Positions 11,160-21,821 of a stretch of DNA of 64,000 bases are shown here, in pieces (position 1 is the stretch's first letter; each line of letters opens with the position of its first letter). Under the pieces are notes generated by a model. It was not told the origin of the DNA and searched no databases. It saw only the letters and a list, made by a program, of their open reading frames with translations. Source of the stretch: Bigelowiella natans CCMP2755 (taxonomy: Eukaryota; Protista; Cercozoa). The position numbers and the translations under genes are program-made. Location: assembly GCA_000320545.1 (NCBI GenBank), contig ADNK01000237.1, positions 8,426-72,425 on the forward strand, given 5' to 3'.

Positions 11160-11903
11160 CTACGCTTCGATCCCTAAATTTGAAGACGAGAAGTACTCTT
11201 CATCTAATTTCACTGCTTCGATTCGTTCGTCATCATCTGTTTTTTCCTTCATGATGCCTTCAGTTGTCTTAGCTTCGATTTTCGGTGTCGTTTCGGGCAT
11301 GTGTTGTTGCAGGCGACGTAGGAGACATGGTAGCGGGAGAGTAATGCTGAGGGAGCAGAGGATTTGGAAGATGAAAAAGGGATACATCATCTTGATTTCT
11401 CGAAAGAAATCAGTCAGACAACTGTAATCTTCTTCAGATTTTGTCTCGACATCTTTGTACTCTTGCTTCCGAGCAGCTTGTATATTCTTCGTTGCTTCGG
11501 TCGACGAAGATGATAGCTCAGTGCCATTGAAGTTATGCACTGGGTCCTCCATTATAGGGTGTTCAATTACAACAAAAGTCGAAGACATGGTTATAGCTGA
11601 GCAAGTGCGAGGTAGAATTTGCGTTCGTCCGTCGTGTGTGTGTTCGGAATGTGGGCTTCCGATGGATGGACTACGGGCATTTTCTTGTGAAAAAAGATGA
11701 ACACAGCCCACATTTGGACAAAACCCAAGGGATCTTCGCGAAAGAGAAGGCCGCGCACCGGACTTCAACACTTCGTTCTTGGGAGTTTGGAAGTTTGTGA
11801 AGCGAGTGGGGGAAATAAAATGTGCTGGATTTGGAGTTGAAGACAAGATAAAAAATAATGTCGCAATTGAACAGATGCCCGTCAAAATACCAAGGGAGTT
11901 CAT
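11160..11903 (-). CDS. Hypothetical protein with signal peptide + transit-peptide-like N-terminus and one TM helix
   Basis: 247-aa ORF. Hydrophobic N-terminus (LGILTGICSIATLFFILSS) followed by a Ser/Arg-rich segment, an internal hydrophobic stretch (MMYPFFIFQILCSLSITLPL) and an acidic tail. Confidence 0.6.
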   Translation of the reverse strand: MNSLGILTGICSIATLFFILSSTPNPAHFISPTRFTNFQTPKNEVLKSGARPSLSRRSLGFCPNVGCVHLFSQENARSPSIGSPHSEHTHDGRTQILPRTCSAITMSSTFVVIEHPIMEDPVHNFNGTELSSSSTEATKNIQAARKQEYKDVETKSEEDYSCLTDFFREIKMMYPFFIFQILCSLSITLPLPCLLRRLQQHMPETTPKIEAKTTEGIMKEKTDDDERIEAVKLDEEYFSSSNLGIEA

Positions 11904-12226
11904 TAAGCAATTTGCGATGCATTTTCCTTCTGGCGCCGTCCTGTCTGTTGTCTCAGGAAAAATTATAGTCTACAGGAGAATTCATTGTCGCAGTGCATAA
12001 AATGGTAAGAATCATTTTCAGATCTGATGGACACGTGATATCGAAGGTAAATTCAACAAATCTATCTGCAATGTAGTCGTATGTGAAAATTTCCATCCTT
12101 TTTTGGTTTCTGGTATGGCTTGTCGGAAGAAGAGAACAGAGCAGCTGCAACGCAGCCTCGCTTTCCATAGCTCTAGTCAGCCCACCGTCTTGCTGCCCCT
12201 GGGAACGCAGATGACAATGTTAAACG

Positions 12227-13465
12227 ATGAAACTGTTTAAGGGCAAGGTTGTTTTCGTAACCATTTTGAATTTATGAACATGAATAGAATGAATCGGTGG
12301 AAGATCTAGTTAAGAATATCTGCATCGCTAGAATCTGGATGACGCAGACTCCGACGAATTTTCTCGTTCTTAATGTTATTTTTGAATTTCCATAGTATTT
12401 GGATGAATTTAAATGGCCATTCAATTTTGGGGTGTATTTTACAGGTTTTTGTGGTTCTGGGCGCCGATTCGGTGCTCGGGATGGAAGTGATAACGTCGGT
12501 AGCGCCATGGGAGGCCAGGATTGTTGCTGTGGGGGAACACAAGCAAAGGTAGCGTGCGCTAAGTTTGGTTCATGATGTGATATCATAAATTCTTGTCAAT
12601 ATTGATATTTGTTTTCAATCCTCGTTTTTCAGCCTGGATGCCTGCGTGTCTGAAGCCATGAGGTATGGCTCCGAGGCCATATCAGTCCCTTTGGACATGG
12701 TTAAAAAGAAAGATTATGAGGTTAGTTTTTGCTCACTTCTTGACCTCTTGTGTCATTAAATTGATAACGTTGAGCTATACCTGATAGGCGATGCTATCCC
12801 AAGCGCTCCAAGCATATGGCCGTGTAGACTATCTAGTTCTAAATACAGGTACAACAACAATTTTATGTTTCACGATTTTGCCTTTGTCTAGGAAGGCTAA
12901 GCTTGTGTTTCTATTTTCAAGGAAAGGATTTTGCCCCGCCGTTCATGGAGTGGAGTGGTTTGTCGACGGCTCAGAGGTTACCCAAAACGACCGTGATTTT
13001 GGATTTTTTTCAAGTAACCACCGAAATTTCACAATCTTCAGGCTTTTCACTCGTTATCTCACAATGCCAGTCTATGCTATCCAGCTCTGCTTACCCTATC
13101 TCACTAGAAATTCTGGATGTATTATGAACTTTTCATGTTCAAATGAAAACGAGCCACAGCCCTGTTCTGCAACCCTGGAAGCATTTTTGGATAAAATCGA
13201 CGAAGAATTCAGAAGTTCTGGGAGTCGTGTGCATGTTTTAAATGTGCCTGTAGGAAAGTATGATTCGAAGAGACCGAATGAGGGCATGGGCATCATTGCT
13301 CGTTCTGCCGTGAGGGCATTAGCCAGCAAAGTGGCTTCGTCAAGAATAGATTCCAGTTACAGTTTTGGTTTTCGGAATTTTTTGGCAATTATGTATCCAC
13401 AATGGGTCTTTGACATTCTCTACTGCAGATATTGTCGGCGTGGAACAGTAAAAAAGATGCAATAA
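12227..13465 (+). CDS. Divergent short-chain dehydrogenase/reductase (SDR)-like protein, probably catalytically inactive
   Basis: Spliced N-terminus MKLFKGK|VFVVLGADSVLGMEV...ARIVAVG (Rossmann start), then LDACVSEAMRYGSEAISVPLD and YGRVDYLVLNTG. No YxxxK where expected. Confidence 0.75.
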
Positions 13466-13478
13466 CTTCTTACAAAGC

Positions 13479-13620
13479 CAAAACTTGATGCGGCATGAAT
13501 TGCGTAGGACAGAACTTTCGTAGGCGTATTGAGTTCACGTCACAAATGGTATAGACAAAACTTGATGCAGCATGAATTATGTAGGACCAACTTTAGTAGG
13601 CGTATTGGTTTCACATCACA
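13479..13620. repeat. Imperfect tandem duplication (~66-bp copies, period 77)
   Basis: caaaacttgatgc[g/a]gcatgaatt[gc/at]gtaggac...gtaggcgtattg...ttcac[g/a]tcaca at 13479-13544 and 13556-13620. Confidence 0.9.
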
Positions 13621-14328
13621 GTCGTGCAGAACTAGCTAGCTAGAGAGAGACAAAGAAGACGGGAGCAGCTGTGCTGGTGAATTGCATCGAATCGTGACAT
13701 GCTAGCATGCTCGTGTGCAGTCAGCACACGCTAGCATGCACATCTAGACATCTCTAGATCTAGATCTGGACACAAATGCAAATGCACGTGCTAGCGTGGT
13801 CTTCACATAGCAAATGCGAAATTTCAACAACAAATCGAGCTAGCAAGAAAGAACATTATGGCAATAGACACTGTGAATTGGCTACGGTACGTGTTACATT
13901 GAATTTCAACATCAGCACGGAATGAACGTGTGATGTCCGATATCTAGATGTAGCAGCCACAACAATTAACATACAAGCTAGCAAGGCTAGAAGGGGTAAC
14001 AAGCTCCCATCCATCATAATTGCATGTTCACCAAGCACGCGAAACATGTCAAATCACGAAAGTTGCGTTTGCATGGCATTACATTGTGTCAGATGTGCAG
14101 CAGCATTGCTACTATTAGACTAGTATGTGTGTACACGCACATGTCATTTCTTGATAGACCTGTAATGGCATGCATGCACAAAACTGGAACACAATGGACA
14201 CGTAATGTCATTTATATTAGACACGTAACATCATTTATACTTCATATTTCATATGTGTTATATTACTTTATGTCTATCATGAATGTAGTTTCCGCCTGGA
14301 ACGATGCCATTTGCAATGTAAATAGGTA

Positions 14329-16329
14329 TCACATTATTGAACACCCACGTTTGTTTTTAAGTTGAGCAATTTTGGATGCTATTTCCTTTCTTTTCTTAGT
14401 CATTTGGGGCCTATGTAACTCAATAAGCTCGGATTTTACCTGCCGTTAATGACGTCTTAAAGGATCAATTTGACTACATATAAGTATCTGGCATTACACT
14501 TTGAAAAGCTTCTTTAATGTCTCTTCGAGCGACTCCTATTCATTCATTTCATATTATGTTTGTAAAAGAGAATTGGAGAATTAAACAACCAGTGACATCA
14601 AAAATGCTAACTTCCTTCCCCTTCGGAAGCTGCTCCCTAAATTTTGCTTTCAAAAAGCCGAAAGCAGAAGCATAGGAATTGTCTCCTTTGTACTCTGGGA
14701 AACATGTTGAGAGCGATTCAGAGCGGATCATTTGTTCAAATAGATCTTTCTTGTTTAAGAATAGAATTATAGGAACATCCTACGATTGCGGTAAGTATCA
14801 AATACATTGAAAAGCATATTCACAAGCTGAATTACTCGACCCGAAATGTTCTATCATGAGATATTTTTCTGAATAATTCCAAGGACTCAATCATTCTGTT
14901 CTTTTTGCAATCCTCAAATAGAACCTCCAACCAATAACATCACAAAGATGCGTCAGAAAATTATGATATTATCATTCTCATAGATACCTGGCGATATCCA
15001 GCCATGCTAGAAAGGAACAGAACGCATTTTACATCGTCTAATTTTAATGAAATTAGGTGGTCGTCAAGCACAAAATTTGATTTAAGATAAAAGGAAGCTT
15101 CAGCTTACCAAAACAATGTAGCCATTTTTTACGTTCATTTCGTTGCCCACCAACGTCTACCATTTTTATATTCATATATGGAGGCTCCAGATCGTGTTCA
15201 CGTTGGTATCGAGTCTTTAAAAGATCGTTAAAAAAAATCATTGAACGCTAAAATTCGAATTATTTCAATTATTTCTAATACTTTCAAGTCTTTGGAAATT
15301 ATTCCCGTAGTTCGTATTCGCACTCTCAAAATCTGAACCAGAAATTTGAATTGATGCTGAGAGTTAGGACGAGTTTTGCTCCACTGAAAGTGATGCACAC
15401 ATAAATAAACATTTGTACATCTTCCTCGTTTGGTTCAAAGTCTTCTTGAGCGAAACGATCGAGATTCCTCATATAGTATTCGCATGAGTCCAACAACCAA
15501 AACTCAGCCCTGCGTTTGTAGGCCTGCTGGATCGGATCACCTATTCCACATCAAACGTTAAACCTGAACGACTTAGTTTTCTTTCCAATCTCAATGTCAA
15601 CTTTTATATACGGCTTGAAAGTCAGCGGCCTCTGCGGCAGAAAGTTTAATACGTTTTGTACTCCCAGGTTCGTATCGTTCCAAAACATCCTGAATACTTT
15701 CTCAATGAATTTACACATTGGAGATCGAAGAAATTTTACCATAATGCGTGCTGCCTCTCTGGACTCAACCTTCAATCCATAATTATCCAAAGCTTGAAAA
15801 AGAGATCTCATACAGTCCAGTGCATTCTCGTGTAAGCTTGTGATTATATTTTCGACTTGAAATTTCCTGATCTTGTGATTGTGAATGCTTTCTAGTTGTT
15901 TGAGTATAGTACCTTGATAAAGTTTTTCGAGATAAAATGAGATAATTTCTTTAAAATTCGAATCCAAACCAAAATATTTTTTTTATGAAATGATTAATTT
16001 CGATTTCCACGTTTGTACTACTTTTGCCGCTCTCTCCAGCCCCAAGCAGCAAAATCTAATCATCCAATTATCATTGCTCCAAAATTTTCGAAAAATACAA
16101 CAGCTTGCCACGTCACCTTAAAGCTGAAAAGTTGGGCTAATTCGCTTTGAAGGAGATTCTGATCCACGTTTTTGCTCCTAGCCCGCGCTTCCCATTCATC
16201 CTCTTTTTGTGCGACTTGTTCTTGGGTATCTTCCTGGGCATTTCTATCGAAGACCTCATTGAACTTTTTCTCTTCGATGGGTGTATTGTCCTTTGCTTTC
16301 GACTTAGATTTGGAGGATTTGCTTCCCAT
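14329..16329 (-). CDS. Heterotrimeric G-protein alpha subunit, multi-exon
   Basis: MGSKSS myristoylation site; [13 protein letters not shown] (G1), RIRTTGI (G2), [16 protein letters not shown] (G3), LFLNKKDLF (G4). Last exon ends ...KNKRGCSIM*. Confidence 0.95.
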
Positions 16330-16832
16330 TCTACCCTCCTCAGTAAAGGCTGAGAACGTTGATCAATAACAGCTGCTTGGAAGCAAGGTTTTGTAATGTT
16401 GTCTTTTCCCAAGAACCCTACTCGTCTTTTATTTGCGACAAAAGAAATCCGAATATTTGACCCAGACTCCGGAACTGCAGTCGCCAGTTTGTGCTTGCAG
16501 GCAGAACAGACACGGAAACCGTTCCTTTAGGATCGGTTGTTCCAGAAAAATGCACAAAATGGCCTCTACTTCGACACCGATTCCAGGAAATTTTATTTGA
16601 TCCATGATTTCAAGGGGAAATTTTGTTCAAACTCTTCTTTTCAAACTCGAATCCGTAAATACCGGAGATTATTCCTTCTGTTCAACTGAGAGGTACTCGA
16701 ACACCACGAGCAAGAGGGAGTAAGGATCGTAGAGAAAACCTCCGGAATCCCTCCACCTCTCTCCAAACTACGACTATCAGCACGACAGAACAATGGATAA
16801 AATTTTCTAAAAGTAAGCCCACGATATATAGA

Positions 16833-17087
16833 GTGATGAGAAATGTAAGGAGACAAATGACAATATTTCTTTACACCTCTCCTATCGCATTAGTTGGCGC
16901 ATGTTTAGTATTGGGTACCATCATTTTAAGGCAGGAAATTGATGGTGGAAGATATCCTGACGTAATTGACGAGCAGAGAAACAGTTACAGCTTAGTAGGA
17001 GATGCAACTCTTTGGGGATTTATTTTGTGCCTTTTTTTTATCATTTGGGAATCTAGATCTCCTTATCCAAAATGGTGCTGCATCTAA
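16833..17087 (+). CDS. Small hypothetical two-TM membrane protein
   Basis: ~76-84 aa ORF with two hydrophobic segments (IALVGACLVLGTIIL; LWGFILCLFFIIW) and a C-terminal CCI. Sits at the expected partner position of the G-alpha divergent promoter. Start uncertain. Confidence 0.45.
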   Translation: MMRNVRRQMTIFLYTSPIALVGACLVLGTIILRQEIDGGRYPDVIDEQRNSYSLVGDATLWGFILCLFFIIWESRSPYPKWCCI

Positions 17088-17930
17088 ATGTGAAAATCTT
17101 AGAATCTGTCAGCGGCTAGTTATCATGGCATTAATAATACTACACCCCGTCCGCCAACAAAGTAGCGTTCAAATGAATAGCAATGTGCTTCGACAGGGCT
17201 TTCACACAGTTTGTTCCCAAAAGTAGAGATTGAGCAACATCTCAAATGTTGCACCACCATTGTGCGAATCAGTGCTGTGCATGTCTAACTACATGCTCAA
17301 TGTGCATCCAATGCGGCATCATGTTATTGTAGTGATGACATCGCACTTTAGTGGACAGTGATGACAACAGAAACTTCGCACTTTGACCGCCTGTCATTGA
17401 CCACCACATTCAAATCTTGCACCGCGGCGCACAGCAAGAGTGCATTGGTGCTGTTGTTACATGTTCAGTTGTTCTGCACCATGCTAGCATGCGCACTCAT
17501 CACGCTAGAACGTCTGCACAAAAGAATGAAGAAATACCATGCATGGAGAATGTACAAGTGAGAATGATGGACACATAGTAATACCACATATAAACAAAAT
17601 ATATATGATATTACGTTGTCTATTATGAGACGATCATTTGTTGCATGCACGTACCGTTGAGGAACATGAGCGCAAATTCCAAGCTAGCAAGGCTAGAAGG
17701 TGATGCATCAGATGTCAACTGCGTCTAGATGACATCTGTGCACCGGAAGAACTCTATGCGAGTCAAGCTAGACATGCGCACATGGAACATCGATGACGTA
17801 TTTAGCTGAGCAAGTCCATGCAAACTAACGCAATTTGTGCAAGAGCGGTGTTTTCATGGCCGCATCCTGTCCTACTACAACTGTATTACTCGTGAATTTA
17901 TCTAGCCATCTTTTAGCCCTGCTCTTCATT

Positions 17931-19090
17931 CTACGGTTTGTATTCAGGGTCTCCGGGATTACGAGCCTTGTCCAAGGGACTGCGTTTAGCATCCGAGCCA
18001 AAATACCACCCATTCCCACCCAGTTTCCCGAACAAGCAATGCGAAAGAGACACCGTACCTTCCATTGGTGTGAGTTTTGCGCCAAATCCTTTAGTCATAG
18101 CTGTAGCAATGAAGCCAGGGGAACAGCTGCTACTGGTAATATGGGGATGCTTCTTTGCAAGATGCATGGTGTATGCTGTAAGGCCAGCTTTTGAGATCCC
18201 ATATGCAGAAAATCCATCGATCTCACCACCTCCGGCCTTCTTTTCCAATGCAACTATGGTTAAATGATCCTCATTAACTTACTTTGGATAGTAGGAAAAG
18301 AAAGCACAAACGACAACGTCATATGATAATAAGTGATGGATGACAAAGCAAATTGAATGGTGTCCACTCTCTTTGGATGTCCTCATGCTCTAGTAATCTT
18401 GGTGTAACAATTTCAACTCACCAACTTCTTGGATTTGTTCCCAGGTCACGTCAAAGCTAATCAGAGGTGCCTTCTCCTCTTTCGAGACCTTCCCCATTGG
18501 ACTTTTACCCAAACTCCCTTTCATGTATGCAGAGGCAGCACCGCTGCTAACGTTTACGATGCGGCCGTCCTTTTCATCAAGCATGGGAAGAAATGCGTCG
18601 CAAACACGCTTTGGGCCCTCTAGATTGACATTCAGTATCGTCTCCCAGCTTACGCCGTGGCTCAAACCAGCCCCAGCATTATTAACGATACCATAGAATT
18701 TGGTGCCTTTTAACTTCTTCGCAGCTGCTGCAACCTGTATGGGGAGAATAGAATCACATCTTCAAAAAAGGTTTTTGAGGGTGCTGATGAGAGACAACTT
18801 AGTTTTCGCTACCGATTCATCCTTGCCTACATCAAGAACAACAAGCTCCACTTTGGCCTCAGGAAATTCTTTGAGAATCTTAGCCACTGCAGCTTTTCCT
18901 TTGTCCTCGCTACGCGAACAGAGGTACACGTCGCACTTGTGCACGGAAGCGAGCTTCTTACAAAATGCGAACCCAATCCCAGCGTTGCCTACAGATTCAT
19001 GAAAAAGTCGTATCTTAGACTTTGCCTCGATACCCCCTCCCTTTGAAAAGGATTGTGCATACCTCCAGTTACGAGTACTTTTTTGGCCAT
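17931..19090 (-). CDS. Carbonyl reductase-like classical SDR
   Basis: MAKKVLVTG|GNAGIG (TGxxxGxG), [20 protein letters not shown] (YxxxK) and PGFIATAMT motifs across spliced exons. Confidence 0.92.
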
Positions 19091-19546
19091 GGCTCCGATC
19101 GGATATTGTTTATCCGGCCCTCGCTGCTGCTACTTCGTACGGTCGGATAGGATATTTTTCGATGTTTTTATCATCATTATCATCGTCATCGTCATAATCA
19201 TCATCACCGATATGAAAATAATGAAATATTTATACCTGCATCAAATTTAAATACTTAGTAGTTTTCAGTGTTTTTTTTAATCTAAATGTGAATTGGGAGT
19301 GCCGGAACACAGGGTCATGTATTTTGTATGTCTCAGCGAGAAAACGACGAGATTTTATTTTTTTCAAACTTTTTCCTTCGTGTTGAAGTGCAACATAATT
19401 CAAAACAGGAAAGCCCCCGCGTGGCGCTACTGGGTTGGAAGATATTACGTAATGTCTTAGATTTTTATAAAACGACATCATTCATTAAGGATAACCGATC
19501 AAAATCGGCATCAACTTGTTTTGTCGCGAGAGCATAAATCAAAGCC

Positions 19547-21435
19547 ATGGCCAGTGCAGGTCGAACCCCCCCCTTTACCTTGTGATCGTCTCACAGAAGG
19601 CGGCAATGGGTCGATGAATTCGTTATGTTTCATAGTAAGTAATTAGCACTCATTGCACCAATCTTGTAAAGTAAGAAGGGTGGTTTGGGTTGTGTAGACC
19701 AATAAACACATTCGAGCTTGTTATTGCAGGCGGACACGTTTTAACCCCATGCCTGACGGCAAGGCAAAAGCGCATCTTGGAGGCCATTAACAGTTACCTA
19801 TTCTCTAAAAAAAGATCCTTCGACTGTCTGAAATTAAACCTAAAACTTGACAATGACCTGTAGGTGCTAAGAAGGTGCAGATGGAGTCACTGGTTGTGAC
19901 TGAAGTGGTGGAAGCTCCCAGAGGCGTTACCATCGAAAAACTTAGAGCAAGTGTATCTATGTCTCTTAAATCCTTTTCCAGTCTTAGAGTAACGTATGGG
20001 AAGGGTGATGGCAAAATCAGTGTGTTGCCAATGGAACAGGTGTTGTTACCAGCAAATTCAACACATACTCGTACACACCACACCATGACTTCCTGCATGA
20101 ATCCGCATTAGTATACACATAAAGCCAAGGATGATGCACCAAACACCCAAGTCATTTATGGTTTGGCATTCCACCTTAGATTAATATCTCAAGCATCGTA
20201 ACAGTTGCGACGTCTGCAAGCGGGCCCTCACAGCAGAAGGAGGATGAAGCTCCCCTAGACCCCTCTTCTGGCAAGCTATTTACTCTCTGCCTTATCAAGG
20301 GGTCCTCATCTATGGGAATGAGCTGCCTCAGGATGTGTGGGACAGGAAACGACGACGGGGGCCAGGTCCAGAAGCTGAAACTACGCGTACACTCTATTGC
20401 CGCCGACTACGCATCCGTGAGGATCTTCTTGTTGGCTGTTCTCTCAAACCTCTCAGCTTCGAACGAGGGGATATCTGCTTTTGGGGGTATGGGGGGGGCA
20501 AAGGCTGAGGACCTGTGGAAGGTTGCAGCTAAGGAGAGCAATATAATTGCTGCCGCGGATAAGGGTGAGTCGAAGGAGCTCAAGTATTGGTCATCTGTGA
20601 TCGATGATACTGCCCCTGTCGTGCAGCTCAACGCTGACTTGTCGCGGCCTCTGGAAAAGTCTTTAATCGCCCGTCGCGTCGCGGAAATGGTGCCCCCTGA
20701 GCTCGCCGCTAAAGTCGATGCCTTGGCCAAAGAAGTACTAGGTGGCGACCATCACAGCGCCCGCATGGCGGTCTACGCGGCAGCCTTTGCGGTGCTGATA
20801 TACAGGCGTTCTCTTGAAGAGGTAAGGAAGGTTGAGCCTATATTTGATGTATCGAATACTAACACGTACACCCGAGTGAGTGATCTCTCTGTAGCTTGCT
20901 TTACATAAAAATGTTGCGACTACCTGAGGTGCCATTTGCCATTGTGTGCTGCATAAAAAATAAATGCTATGAGCTGACAATCGACAAACCACCCGATTTT
21001 TGTCGTGTGTTTAATGTGCGTGTTGTGTGTGTGTGTGTGTGTGTGTGTGTACGCATTGGTATTTGAAAAGGATTTGGTGATATCGACGTGCCTGGATCCT
21101 CGGAGTAGCAGCAGTTCCTCCTCTTCCTCAGCATCATCATCAGCTGAAGGTGTTTTTGGTCCGTTGTCACAGCAAGCATACCTTCGCATTGCAGTGGAAG
21201 ATAACAAATCATTCGAGGTGCTCGCCAAGGCAGTCGCCAAAAGACTTGAGGAGGCCAAGAAAAACCTGGTGATTGCATTAGGGAGAAATATCATAGTATC
21301 GCTGAAAGGAATGATGATGACGATGATGATGATGACCCAAGATATTTACCTCAACTATGAAAAAGGCAAACATTGCTACAAATAAATACCGTTGCATTTG
21401 TCTTTTTAAATCGTGGGGGTTCCATTTTTGTTACA

Positions 21436-21469
<34 letters not shown>

Positions 21470-21785
21470 ACATACAACACACCAACCAGGGACTGCCTTT
21501 CGAGGAGATCGCACAAAAGCTGCTCGAGAGCGACGAAAAGGCCGCAATGCTCCCTGAGGACTCTCGTTTCTCACCCGTCGAGTTCGTCATGGACAAGTAA
21601 GATCTGGCTGTGCTGTCTCTTCGCCATCGCCCTTGCGATTTTAGCAGCAGCAACAGCAGCCATTTGGAAATTTCATTCCATTATCGAAACCAAAAGAAGT
21701 GAATAATGCTCTTGAATGAATAAGCTAATTCCCCCAGTTCTCATGGCGATTACCCCAACCTCCCTATCCACCTAATCCTTCGCTT

Positions 21786-21821
<36 letters not shown>

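Noticed and set aside
13621-13850. CTAG clusters as nucleomorph-type (TCTAGGG)n telomere insertions
   Set aside because: No tandem TCTAGGG units; the CTAGs occur in varied flanks (GCTAGC, TCTAGA).
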